A DNA stretch of 64,000 nucleotides from Podarcis liolepis (taxonomy: Eukaryota). The number at the start of each line of letters is the position of its first letter. The first letter of the stretch is position 1. The notes beneath the pieces were generated by a model. That model saw nothing but the letters and a program-made list of their open reading frames with translations. It was not told the origin of the DNA and searched no databases. The position numbers and the translations under genes are program-made. Below, piece after piece: positions 1 through 12,185 of the stretch. The stretch lies in assembly GCA_965112155.1 (NCBI GenBank), contig OZ218102.1, one strand, 5' to 3'.

Positions 1-248
1 GTTTCCCATCCCTCTGCCATAATGTTTAGTGTTCACTGCATGTGCTCAAGCTATCGCATCTCACATTGCACCCCTGCCGTTGCTGATGGGGAAATGCTAC
101 TTCATGGCCTCAGCTTACACAGTGAGTTGCCAGCACCCTTGGCAGCTGTGACATAGAGAGTGGCTCTAACAGAGCAGTGCATGATTTAAACTGAAGGGTT
201 CTAAGGTTTGTCTTCCTTTTAGCATCTTGTTGTCTTCTGCTTCCCCAG

Positions 249-369
249 TGCTATCAGTGGCTAAAGGAGAAGATTGTGAGTGAGGAAGGGAGGAAACAGC
301 AGTCGAAGCTGAAAGATCTCTTCCCCATTGCTGAACGCCTCGGATGCACCCTACCTCAGCTGGCTGTTG
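249..369 (+). CDS. KCNAB1: KCNAB1 (Kv beta-1, aldo-keto reductase fold), third-last coding exon
   Basis: Acceptor ccccag|TGC and donor GTTG|gtgagt. Translates [40 protein letters not shown], matching the Kvbeta1 C-terminal region. Ends in phase 1, matching the next exon. Confidence 0.96.
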
Positions 370-596
370 GTGAGTGATTCTGAAAGTCTCCCTCTGGGCA
401 CTTCCAAACGTCTTTTGCATTGTGTATTCATAACTCTTCATATTCACGATGCTATCAGCGAAGTCAGACACAACTCCGCATTCAATACTATTTGTGCCTG
501 CTCGGGTTTTGGGGCAGTCACACTGCTTCACTTCCAATCAGTGCATAGTGTGTAACTTTCTGCTGCAATCCTGTAACTTTTCATACCACAAATGTT

Positions 597-632
597 GGGT
601 GGGGTGGGGTGGGGTGGGGTGGGGTGGGGTGG
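597..632 (+). repeat. (GGGGT)n microsatellite
   Basis: About 7 tandem GGGGT units. Confidence 0.9.
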
Positions 633-680
633 AGAATCCCTCTCTGGTTACAGTATAGCCCCATAATCCACCACTAATGA

Positions 681-910
681 AAGCACGTCAAAGTGCAAGT
701 ACTGTAGATAAATAGGTACCGCTCTGGCGGGAAGGTAAATGGCGTTTCCGTGCGCTGCTCTGGTTCGCCAGAAGCGGCTCAGTCATGCTGGCCACATGAC
801 CTGGAAGCTGTACGCCGGCTCCCTCGGCCAATAAAGCAAGATGAGCACCGCAACCCCAGGGTCATCCGTGACTGGACCTAATGGTTAGGGGTTCCTTTAC
901 CTTTACCTTT
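681..910 (+). mobile_element. Sauria SINE, 5'-truncated
   Basis: Has an (ACCTTT)n tail and is the reverse complement of part of the copy at 40931-41281. Confidence 0.85.
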
Positions 911-1210
911 AATGAACTATTATTATGTCAAGAACACATAGACAAATACACCCCCCCCCCAGAAACCTATATCATTAGTGATGTTCAGCTGGGCTGGCAC
1001 TGTGAGCTGCTTGCAATACAAAGGAGGTACTTATCCAATGCCTTTTTTGAGAGTTGGTTGCAGTCGTCTTCAATGGCTAATTTTATTTTGTGCATTTATC
1101 TAAATCATTTCTATATTGCTTTTCCAAATCTGAGGGTGGCATAAAGAAACAACACCCAACTTAATCAAGCGTCTTATGATCAATTAAGGTTCATAGGAAG
1201 CTATCATATA

Positions 1211-1359
1211 CAGCCGTACCTTGGTTTTCGAATGTGTTCTGGAAGTCCGTTCGGCTTCCAAAAAAATGTTTGGAAACTGGAACACTCACTTTTGAGTTTT
1301 GATCATTCAGGAGCCGAAACATATGAGTAACAAGGCATTCAACAACTAAGGTATGACTG
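1211..1359. mobile_element. older Tc1/mariner-type MITE
   Basis: TA|CAGCCGTACCTTGG...CTAAGGTATGACTG|TA, imperfect TIRs with TA TSD. Confidence 0.65.
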
Positions 1360-2402
1360 TACAGTGTTCTTTGGACCATCTAGGTCAGTATTGACCCAAA
1401 GTGGCTGGGGAAACCCAGCCAGATGGACAGGGTATAAATAATAAATGGTTGTTGTTGTTATTCTCTAGCATTTCAGACAGAGTTCTCTCCCAGCCCTACT
1501 TAGAGATGCATGCCTAGGAATGAGCCTAAGACCTTTTGCTCTACCACTGAACCATGCCCCTTCTCATATGAGTTTCAGCTGGTTTATGGTTATTGATTAC
1601 ATTTGCATATATTTACTTAAGGGGTTAAAAACCATATTTCTGAAGTAGGAAGCGTACGTGTTTCTAGGTAATGTGCACCACATTGTCATAGCAAGCATAA
1701 TCTTAGAAGGTCCCTAATATGTGAAAGAAAAGGGGAAATGCTCTTTTAAGATAGTACTTGCCTTAAAAATATTTTTTTAATAGAAAAACCTGCTGGCTGA
1801 TTAAATTAGGGACACTATTTGGCTGATTAAAAGGGTTTAATCAAATAATCATTAACAAATTAAACATTAATTAATTGCAACCCTGATTAAAACAAATTGA
1901 GTGTACCATGAAATCCTAAGGAACAGATGCAACATCCCTTTGGGAAAGAGGCTAAAAGACTTGCCAGCGAAGAGGAAAAGCTATGGGGGTCTTCCAGATG
2001 TTGTTGGACAACTGTTCCCAACGTCACTGACCACTGGCTATGTTGGCTGGGGCTGATGGGAGTTGAAGGTCCACATCTGGCAGGAACCACAGCAACTATC
2101 CCTGATTTAGAAGGAAGTCCTTTCAAAACACTAGGACAGTTCACAGTTAGGGCAATAAAGATAAATCCCCTTGTAACTGAGATAATTCCCACAAAGCAGA
2201 ATCTGATTAAATAACAGCTTCTGGCAGAGGATAATTGCTCTTCACATATTTGCAAAGGACGTTGCCATGACTGACAGAGGCAAGATAGTGTACTGATTTA
2301 GACTTGGGATTTTCAGGCTGAAGTGGGACACACACTGGGCCCTGGGCCCTCACTGATTCTCAGCACGGGTGTTCTCAGCTCCTGTGGTTTTGCTCTTGCA
2401 AG

Positions 2403-3276
2403 TAGGGATGAGCCAATCTGTCAATTTTTGTTTCTCTCACTTTCCAAATTTTATCAGTTCTCCACACTTCCACATCAGTTAGCAATTCTAATAAAAGTCC
2501 TTGTGAAATTTCATCTCCATTTTAGTGAATTCAATCTAATATGCATGTATCTGTACGCAGTTTTGCCAAATTCACACATTTTTTTGCAAAGCCGTTTCCC
2601 CCAACATAATTCATTTTTTTTTACTGATTTGTGCATTTTTATGTACTCTTTACTCCAGTACATGCATTTTTGTATGTGTTATTTGACTTGATAACTGCAT
2701 TGCAAAATTCAAAGAATTGCAAGGAATGTTAGAGTAATGTTGGAATGAAATTACATGGCTTTAGCAGAAATGTCATAAGGAATTAAGTATAAATAGATTA
2801 ATAGAAAATTAAAGGGAAAGTATGGCAAGAATGTGTTAAGATAATTATAGAACAGAAAACAGAGTAAGATGGAAAGGAATTGCTGAAACAAATAATAGAA
2901 GTGGAATACAAAAAGGGAGGTGGGAGGAGGTCGCTGGAAATAAGTGAATGAAATATAAGATATTGAAAATGTTTGAGGTGTTTTTTAATTGTTTTTGTTT
3001 GTTTTTGTTTGTTTTGTTAGTCCATGTAGCGTTTTTGTATTGTGTTTGCACTGTTTTTTTCTCTTTTTTCTTTTTTCTTTTTTTGGTTTGTAGTGTTGTG
3101 TTGGAAATGTTAAAAAAGTAATAAATATCATTTTTTTAAAAAAAAACAAAATTCAAAGAATTGCAAAATTTGAAGATTGCTTTTGTTTTAGTTCACACCT
3201 TGTTTCGGGCAGCACAAATTAGGTAGGTTTACCTAAAAATGTTAACTGGATCAAACTAACTTCTCTCCAATTTCCA
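2403..3276. mobile_element. old hAT-type element (TAGGGATG terminus) interrupted by an L1 fragment
   Basis: 8-bp direct repeat CTTGCAAG at 2395-2402 and 3277-3284, Ac-like left end, decayed right end. Confidence 0.55.
2723..3146 (+). mobile_element. 5'-truncated L1-like 3' end
   Basis: AATAAA plus A-rich tail, with a perfect 20-bp TSD CAAAATTCAAAGAATTGCAA at 2703-2722 and 3147-3166. Confidence 0.8.
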
Positions 3277-5170
3277 CTTGCAAGTCCCTCCAATATGGAT
3301 GCAAGCCAAATCTTCAGGAGACCCACAGAGACCTAGCGGGGAATGAATGTATGATGCTGCCTTATACTGAATCAGAACATTTCTCTATGTAGCCCAGTGC
3401 TGTTTATTCTAGCAGTAGAGCTCCTGGGGGTCTCATGCAGATATATCCTCCGACTCTGAGACCCTTTTAATTGGAGATGCCAAGAACAAGCCTGGGATCT
3501 TCTGCCAGAAAAGAAATGCTCTACCCCTGACCTGTGATTTATCCCCTAATTTCCTTCTGCCTGCTGCTGCAGTAAAAATGCTGTCTTTTTCCAGGATGTC
3601 TATTGTTTTACCCAACAATACAGCAAGCCTGGTTATGGAATGCAAATATTTACAAAGTCATCCAAGTACCTTGCCGGATACTGGATACAGCTACTGACTG
3701 CATTATCTTTGGGGGTGGGAAGAATAGCTGTTTTTATGGACGACAGCAACAAAGTTGGGCTAGTGATTACTATGAAATAATCATGAGCAGGACTGGATTT
3801 TTTCCCTTTTAATCTCCCCCCCCCCCCAGCACAGTTCCTTCCCAACAGCTGTGTAGCCCTGATTGACTCAGGCTGTGAAAATAGAGCTAACACAGCGCAG
3901 AAATTCGAGAGAGACCATTAATCATGTTTAACTGTGCTGTCTCGTTCTTGCCTTGCCAAAGACACGATTTAAATGTTTCACAGGGAAGACGGGGTGGGAG
4001 ATAAATGGTCCGATGAAGTTCAAATATCACTTCTGGTCCTGGCAGATGACTTTTCAAAAAAAATCAGCTAATGCATTCAGTGCAGGAATAAGTTTAAAAC
4101 AAAACAATCCAGATTCTGTAGCAGCCAGCAAGATGGGGCAGTGCTGGTTACTTGGCTTCCAAATGCTGAGGTCACTGCTGGTAGCTGAGAGGGGCGAGAC
4201 ACTAGGGAGGCAGGCATGGTGCGGACACAGAGGGGAAGCTAATTCCCTGCTCCTGCCATAGCACCTGCACCGCACCAACCTGCCCATCACCTCACCCCTC
4301 CGTCTCTTTCTGTCAGTTACCAGAAGTGTCCTCCACATTGGGAAACCAGGTAAGCAATGCGGCCCAATCCCACTTCTCTGGATGCTGGCTAGACAATGTA
4401 AGCCGTGAAGCGCTCGTCACAGTTTTGCAAACCAGCAAAGGAACAAGCTTCTTTTCATCTGCAACCGGGGAGAAAGCAAAGGCAGTACGTGTTGGCAATG
4501 GACGTTCCCCAGAAGGCAGTAGCCCAAAGTGGCTGCACAGAATAGGTTTCGGTTCACCTCGGCACCATCACCTGTGTGCTCCTAATTTCATTTATTTTGT
4601 TGCTCTGCTACCTCTGACATGTGGCCCTTGGAAAAGCTGCCTAGAGAGGGAATGTGGCCCTTGAGCTGAAAAGGTGTCCTGTTACAGTATGGAATGTCCA
4701 GAGGGCAGAATTAAGTGTATTGTCAAAAGTACACTTGCAAGTCTATCAGTCGTAGGTCCCTCAGCTACTCCTAGCCGTGCACTCGATGAGGCTGTTGCAG
4801 CAACAGAGAGGCCTCAGGTTATGTATCTTCCCCACCTGAGCTACACACAAGCAGGTGAAGACTGCCTCAGCGTGCAACCTGCTTCTGCTCCTCCCTCTTC
4901 AATCCTCTTCTCGTCCTGGAAGACAGCAGAGCAGGAGAGGTGTGGGCAGGAGAAGATGTGGAAGCCTTCAACTCTACAGCAGCCTGGTCTATCTCTTCCT
5001 CCTCCTGCACCTGTTCATCATTATTCAACCCTGCAGCTTCTCCTGCCCCTGACTCTCTTCTCCTGGCTGTTACAGGTTCCCCCAGGTCACTGGCCCAAGT
5101 CAGTCTGCAACACCCCATTCTCCCAATGTCCTCTCCTCTGTACACAGTGACCACTCTTCAGTGGCTAGCC

Positions 5171-5393
5171 CAGGGGTCAGCAAACTTTTTCAGCACTGTC
5201 CCTCAGACCTTGTGGGGGGCCAGACTATATTTGGGAGGGTGGGAATGAACAAATTCCCATGCCCCACAAATAACCCAGAGATGCATTTTAAATAAAAAAA
5301 AACACATTTTACTTATGTGTGTAAATCCGTGGGCCGGATTTAGAAGGCAGTTGGGTCGGATCCGGCCCCCGGGCCTTAGTTTGCCTACCCATG
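5171..5393. mobile_element. hAT (Charlie/Buster-type) MITE
   Basis: CAGGGGTCAGCAAACT...AGTTTGCCTACCCATG with TSD GGCTAGCC/GTCTAGCC. Related to the copies at 40628 and 49926. Confidence 0.8.
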
Positions 5394-5644
5394 GTCTAGC
5401 CTGTCCCTGACAGGTCCCTGCAATAGATATTGCAAATGGTGCATAAGCAAGTTTTGTTTGTAGCCAAATGCCACATAATTTCTTTTCTTCTTATCACAGC
5501 GGTGTTAAAAAAAAACCTATCTGGAAAAATGTCTGAATGATAAGGTCTTAACCACTGCATGAGATAAGCCTCTGAACTAAGGTTGCTCACCAGCATCAAC
5601 CAATACCAGCCCTAACCCAGCCATGGGCTTTTCTGTCTTCCCAG

Positions 5645-5733
5645 CTTGGTGTCTACGTAACGAGGGTGTGAGCTCTGTCCTCTTAGGATCTTCCAATCCG
5701 GAGCAGCTAATAGAGAATCTTGGTGCCATACAG
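5645..5733 (+). CDS. KCNAB1: KCNAB1 penultimate coding exon
   Basis: Acceptor ttcccag|CT. Translates (A)[29 protein letters not shown]. The donor is CAG|gcaagt (GC-type). Confidence 0.96.
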
Positions 5734-5941
5734 GCAAGTACAAAATCCTGCTTTGTGATGAGCCGAAGCAAATGGATGATCAAAATAGGCAAATTTATTC
5801 AAATGTATGTAAGTTCTGAACACAGAGCATAACCCATCTTTACCTGCATTCCTTTGGAGCAAAATGTCGTTTTTGTTTTAATTGGTGAACTGAAAGCACG
5901 TAATGATCCTGAACGTATGCCGCCCACTTTTATGCTTACAG
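5734..5941 (+). other. KCNAB1: GC-AG intron of KCNAB1
   Basis: Only the CAG|GCAAGT junction gives the conserved ...GAIQ|VLPK... protein sequence. Confidence 0.88.
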
Positions 5942-6031
5942 GTTCTTCCAAAGATGACGTCCCACATTGTGAACGAGATCGATAACATCTTGGGGAACAA
6001 ACCTTACAGCAAGAAGGACTACAGATCCTAA
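5942..6031 (+). CDS. KCNAB1: KCNAB1 last coding exon (to stop)
   Basis: Acceptor ttacag|GTT. Translates [29 protein letters not shown], the canonical Kvbeta C-terminus, with TAA at 6029-6031. Confidence 0.97.
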   Translation, partial: VLPKMTSHIVNEIDNILGNKPYSKKDYRS

Positions 6032-6432
6032 TGCATTGCATGATTAAACTGGACTGCATGGCTAAAATAGCGCTCTGTACTTAGTACAGTACCAAGTCAA
6101 TAATATCCTGATTAGAATTATTCGGCAGTCTCTGTTGTTTACTAGATTCTCCAAGGCGGCGTGCTGCGCCGGGATCCAAAAGCACAGCCGATCTCTCTTT
6201 ACAGCTGAGATTGCCTTTGCTTTTTTGCTTCTTCTTCTTTTTTACTACAGTCAGATTTTCCAGCACAAGCCCTGTTGAAACGAATGAGATCCTGCAGGAC
6301 ATTTTGCGCTAGCATTCATTTCCGCAGAGTTTGTGCACAACTTCTCGCCGGGTCGTGCCCGCTCCCTGTTGACCCTTATTATCCTCTCGGCACTTCCCAT
6401 TTATGCAGTGAAAATACACATTGTAAAGAAAC

Positions 6433-6438
6433 AATAAA
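6433..6438 (+). terminator. candidate proximal polyadenylation signal of KCNAB1
   Basis: AATAAA about 400 nt after the stop codon. Further candidates lie near 7335, 7448 and 9698. Confidence 0.4.
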
Positions 6439-9400
6439 AGATTTCTTCTAAGCTTTAGTTACTTGGAAATTAGAAGAAGGATGTACAGATATATTTTTTC
6501 AACGAACACAAAAGCCAGATACAGGTATAGGTCAAAGACGCATATCAGACAATTTCAAGCATAAAAATTCTTCGAGCTATCTTGAAGATGAGTAAGTTTG
6601 GGTGAGTTTTTTTCCATTTGCATTTTTTTATGCTGAATCTGAGTTCTAGGGTACTAGCCTAGTTTGGACTTTGTTTAGGGGAGTACAGGCTGTCCATTTA
6701 AAGGCAGAAAATCAAAGAATTACAGAGGATGGCATCTTTGCCTTCCAGTTATTTTAGGATTTCAGAGGCAGGTTGTATATGGTAGCTCCAGATTCACTGG
6801 TGGGGTGGGGAATGGACTCGATCCATCCAAAGCTAAGCAACCATTGGCTACACTTCTGTGCACACTTACCAGGGAGTATGTAAACCCTATTGAACACACT
6901 GGGATTTAATTCCAAGGAAAAGTGCACAGGATTGAATGCATATGCATATGCTCTGCACTCCCCATTTTGGGGGTGGGGAGACTTCACAGTGCTTAACTTA
7001 AGCTGGATTGTAGCCATTAGCTTTACGGCATTTAAAAATAAAAAGAGTAAAGGTTGTAGTTCTATCACCTGCTTAAAGCAGAGGTGGTTTACCTTCGGCT
7101 CGCCAGATGTTGCTGGAAAACAGCACCAATTTATCCTTAACTGCTGGCCATAGTGGTTGATAGGAGCTGGGAGTCCAAAAACATCTGGAGAGGGCCACAT
7201 GTTCCCCCTTAGAGGTTTGCACCATCAGAACAGAGGTCCCCCCCCACCTGAGTCAACGTGCTTAGGATCAGGCTGAAAGAGGCTAGGCTAGGCAAGTAAA
7301 ATTCACATAATCATTTTGCTGCTGCAAAAACGGAAATAAAAAATGCCATAATTTAATGCTGTTTTCTTAGAACCCGCTTTACTTTTGGCAGCTTGTAGAC
7401 GTAGTTACTGCAACTTTGATTACTTAAACTTAACTAATATAATGTATAATAAATGTACAAAGTGTGCAGAGTTGTACAATTTTCTGAAGGTGTACTGGAA
7501 AGGGTTTCATTTCCCCTTTTGTACCTCCATCGAAAAGCCTGGTGCGGTTTGTAAGCACTTCATCACAGTTTAATGGATCCCAGGAAATGTTATGTTTGCC
7601 CAATCTCCTCTGCCTTTTCTCACTTTCGTTTCCAAACTGTATTTACGATCATCATTACATCATGGGTTTTGGTTCCCAATCCTTGTTTTGGCACATGGTA
7701 GCTGTGGTTTTCAGTGATCTTGTGCTGCTGAATGGTAAGCATTGCCAAGCACTGGACTTAACATGCACATGCCAATGGCACAGGATGGCCTGTGATGGAC
7801 AAGAGCATCTTGATGCAACAAGAGCATCTTCTTTTAAGTACCAGTGGTGGGATGCCAAAAACATCAAGCTTTGCCAAGTGCAAATGGAAGCTGGCTGGTT
7901 TGGGCAAGCTCCTTTAGCAGTGTAGCTAGAAGTCAGCATTACTGAAAATTGTGAGTGTTGTGTGTAAATCAGCCCATAAGCATCAGCAATCAAAGAGCTA
8001 GAAAGAGTCTAGAACAGCTTTCCCAAACCTGGTGCCCTCCAATGTTTTGGAGTACAAGATCCATCTGCCCTAGGCAGCGCAGCCAGGTAGAAGGCTGATC
8101 CCACACCATTCTGCTCTTGAAAGCAATCATTTGATGGATAGGTGTTGTTGTTGGCATCCATCTGTCTCATTCGATGGGCAGATGATTAATACAGACAAGG
8201 AGATCTCCTCTCCCTTCTTCCCACTCCTATCCTGCCCCATTTGCATGGTTGTATTCAATTGGCAATGATCCCACAGTGATGAAATGCAGCTGTTTTGTGC
8301 CTCTTGATTTGTATATCTCTATCATATGATATGTGTATTCTAGAAATCCTTCAAACCATTGCATTTGAAAACACCGTTTAGGAACAACACACCCTCCCAG
8401 CTACAACCCTGTCATCTCTTACTTTCCATGAATACTTTGATTTTGTGGGCTGCAAAGACCTTATCATGGACTCTTCTTTTTCTTCAATGGGCTTGGCCAA
8501 CAGAAATGAGGTCTTCTCAGCTGAGATGTTTTATTACGTTTGTGGATAGGTCCACTTTTTCATGTCTAATTGAAGTCTCAAGAGTGGTTTTGAGATACAC
8601 TACTGTAAAACACAGGTGGGGAGCCTGAGAGCCTACAGATCTTGGACTCTGACTTGCATCAACCCCAGCCAGCATGGCCAGCGGATGGAGCCACTGTCCA
8701 ACATCTGGAGTGGCTCCTCACCTCTGTAATAAATTATATAAGTGCATACAATTGGGGGTGGGGAGGTGCCAAGGCCTTTGAGCAGGGAACACTGTATTTA
8801 TATGGAAAGTACAAATATCCTTTTAGTTTACTACATCTCACTTCCACAGCCTGCACTCTAAAGGACAGACACGAACTGCAATCTGTGTACTCAGTGGGGC
8901 CTAATCCATAGGATTGCAGCTCAAGACCCAGATCCAGAAGCATACTAAATACCCACTGCTACACAATGGCTTCCTTTTTGATGCTGTAACTTATCAGCAG
9001 TAATTTCATATTGCCTAACTCTGGCCCCAGATGAGTATCCTTACCCCAAAATGGTGAACAAGCATTTCATCTTTTTTGCATACGATAGCCTGGATCTGGG
9101 GCAACTGATGTGAAACCTGCTTTCACGGATAATTGCTCTTGTTGCTAAAGGCAAATGGCCATAAAGTCAAGTTTCATATCCACAAATCTTCCAGTTCACC
9201 TGGTGGGCAGGGGTATCATGCACATGTATTCAACTCCATTCATCTGGTCTGGGTGGCAAAGCTTGAATGAACAGTCTTTCTCTGCCTGGCACAACTTATT
9301 CATCTCATTTCAGCGGCACGAGCAAATCTGTTTTCATTCTTCACCAAAGATTTGCTCCGGCTGCTGCAATGAACTTAGAGGGAAGTCTGGGTTAGAACAT

Positions 9401-10438
9401 GGAACATGTACCGTCCCACAGAAAGCAGCAAAGGTGCATTTGCACATATAGGTCACACCATGTGTGAAGCTTAAGCTTCCAAATCGCAGCCTCCTCCTCC
9501 CTCCCCTCCATCAAGCAGGGCCTTTGCATTTGAACTGTTCATCGGACAGTCCTAGCAACGGAGCTTACAGAAGGCACTGAGTTCTAAAGAACAAAAATAC
9601 TTTTTCCTCTTTTAATGTGTTTAATCAAAGCAATGGTCTGTGTAAATGAATTCAGCAGCTGTATACTAGGAACTGCTTTCTATTTCTGCTTGGACATAAT
9701 AAAGGCATTTTATGCACCTAGCTTAATTACTTTGGATCCATTAATTTGGAGTGGTGGAGCGGGGGCAGGGAGGGTAGTGGTGGAGAGCCTACATTATTAG
9801 GATTAAAATAGGACTGTATCTTTCTGATTCATTACTTTCAAAATCAATACATATTACTTTTCTTTCCCAGTAGGGATAACCACATTACACAGAGTGCTTG
9901 ATAGGAAAGAAAATGTTCATTCATCGAGAGCATTAGCTAAAGACAGATTTAAAGGGCAGTGTCTCTCATAAGATACCAGTGACTATTAACATACGTTGAT
10001 TTGAAGTATGGAATGCAGTAGGGTTGGGGGGGAACGGGGAGGTCAGGATATTTTTGATTGCCTTAGAGACACACTCTCTTCTTCGGAAGATTTATTCGAA
10101 GTTTTTCTTCATTTGAGACAGCCTACATGGCTTCACAGAAATCCTCAGGGTGTCTCTGCGCCGCCGCCCCCCCATTGTCTTCACATTTTAAGCAATTAAC
10201 AAGGGTTATTCCATCACCACTGTTACAGAGAAAAGTCAGCTACTTGCTGCTGATCGACAGCAGAAAGGATAAGAGAACAATTAAACTTAATTCATGGAAT
10301 CGACTGCTACAGCCCCAAAGTTTTTTGCCCAATGAAATCCTGACAGTTCAGTAATGCCCCGCGACATCATCATACCTGACATATAACAATGAATTTCGCT
10401 TATTTTCAACAGTTTTGAGGATACAGCACGGCCTAAAG

Positions 10439-10574
10439 CAGTGGTGGCCAAACTTGGCCCTCCAGCTGTTTTGGGACTACAACTCCCATCATTCCTAGCT
10501 AACAGGACTAGAGGTCAGGGATAATGGGAATTGGAGTCCCCAAACAGCGGGAGGGCCAAGTTTGGCTACCACTG
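10439..10574. mobile_element. palindromic hAT MITE
   Basis: CAGTGGTGGCCAAACTTGGCCCTCC...GGAGGGCCAAGTTTGGCTACCACTG with perfect TSD GCCTAAAG. Confidence 0.9.
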
Positions 10575-11490
10575 GCCTAAAGGAAGTAGAGTTTACAAAA
10601 AAGGGGGAGAGTGCTACCCAGCAGAATGAAAGAAAACTTTTCACAGAGGTGGTAAACCTGCAGCCCACCCTTCCATAAAGAAATGTTAACTGTTTGTGAC
10701 CTCATGCTAGAAAAACTGTTTAGGGCATCTGGTCAACAGGCCTCATTTGCAGACTTAAATTATTAGATGACTGTTGCATGCAGTTTCATTTCAAATCCTA
10801 GGGTTCCTACTACTGGAGAAAGCCTCGCACATCCCACATGCAAAATTTCTTTAGACAGTGATTTATACCAAATTAATATCAGTGATCACACCTCTTAACT
10901 GAATCATCTTTTGTTAAGCTTCTGTCCTCTTTGAAACACCTTCAATCATTGCTTCCATTTGCTTGTTATAATAAGAAGGGTAGTGGTTTTTGGGGGGAGG
11001 GTAGACAAACTACTGCATGTAGCAGATTCGGAATTGCGGCATATCAGACATACAGCATTTAGAGGTGCATACAGAAAGGGAAACATGGGACTAAACTAGA
11101 ATATTCAAATTCATTTCATTTCAGTTTAGCACAGGGCGAGTTCAGTTTTAATTAAAGTAGGATGTATTTTTATGGCATGCTATTTCACTATCGGCAAACT
11201 GCTGTGAATTAACAAGTCTGAACCGAATAAGATGATGGAAACTCACATTTTCAGTTTTCACCCTATGATGGGGGTGAGAATCTTTTCTGCAATGGAAGCA
11301 AGAAGGAAGACATTCCTTACCCACAAGATAAAAGGACTGGAAAAGCCGGGCAAAGGCTGCAATCTATGCACTTTCCTAAGAGTAAGTTCAACTAAACACA
11401 GTGAAAGTTTTTAAAGACTGCAATGCACAGAACAGAAAACAGGACAATATCACAATGGAAGAAGCTTCAGGCTGTATTTTCTTTTAAGCT

Positions 11491-11496
11491 TTTATT
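11491..11496 (-). terminator. candidate polyadenylation signal of SSR3
   Basis: TTTATT on + (AATAAA on -), about 310 nt downstream of the SSR3 stop. Confidence 0.55.
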
Positions 11497-11805
11497 CAAA
11501 CATGATTACAAAAGGTTACGGGATGAAGTCACTGCTCGAAGTCAACAAAGCCCATCTCACTGGCAGAAAAAAAGAGAAACTTATTTGTAACATATTTGTG
11601 TTTTGAAAAACAATTTCATGAGCTAAAATGACATTACCTGGTGCACTCATTTTTGTTATTTTATGAAGGAACCATAATCTGTGTTTCCTTTCTGTTTTCT
11701 TGTAAAAAATAGTTTCTCATGTTTTCAAGCTATAAAAAAGCAACACCTCTCTATCCAGGCTGCTGAGTGTGACTGGATAGGACTGACCCATCCAAACAAT
11801 TCTGT

Positions 11806-11872
11806 CTACTTGGAACCTGTAGACAGCAAAGCAATCAATCCAGACGAAGCGCTGATGGACAGGATGTAGTTT
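11806..11872 (-). CDS. SSR3: SSR3 (TRAP-gamma) exon 5 coding part
   Basis: Acceptor tttatcag|A AAC TAC. Translates (V)NYILSISASSGLIALLSTGSK*, the TRAP-gamma C-terminus; 67 nt. Confidence 0.97.
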
Positions 11873-12041
11873 CTGATAAAGCAGCAGGTTAAGGATGAAA
11901 GCCCAACGCTCAGGGTGGTAAGTATATCTCCCAACTACCATTGCAACTGCTACAAAAACAGGGTGTCGTATAAATAGGGATCTATTATCCCAAGTCCAAG
12001 AATCAAACCCAGTACTATGCATCCCATCCCAGAAGCAAGAG

Positions 12042-12178
12042 GCCTGTGAGATAGCTCAGTTGGTAGGGTGTGAGACTCTTTAAGCTCAGGGTCATGGGTT
12101 TGAGCCTCACACTGGGCAAAGAAGATCGCTGCATTGCAGGGCACTGGACTAGATGACCCCTTCCCGGGTCCCTTCCAA
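12042..12178 (+). mobile_element. tRNA-Lys-derived SINE with CR1-type tail (tail continues at about 12781-12796)
   Basis: Degenerate tRNA-Lys(CTT) head TAGCTCAGTTGGTAG...GAGACTCTTTAAGCTCAGGGTCATGGGTTTGAGCC, followed by GGACTAGATGACC...GGTCCCTTCCAA. Confidence 0.8.
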
Positions 12179-12185
12179 GAGAAGT

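Noticed and set aside
4674-5248. Overlapping ORFs of 100-158 aa in the KCNAB1 intron
   Set aside because: Low-complexity composition, no recognisable homology and no convincing splice structure.
12042-12118. tRNA-Lys gene
   Set aside because: Stems and B box are degenerate, the anticodon arm is altered, and it continues into a CR1-type tail, so it is a SINE head.
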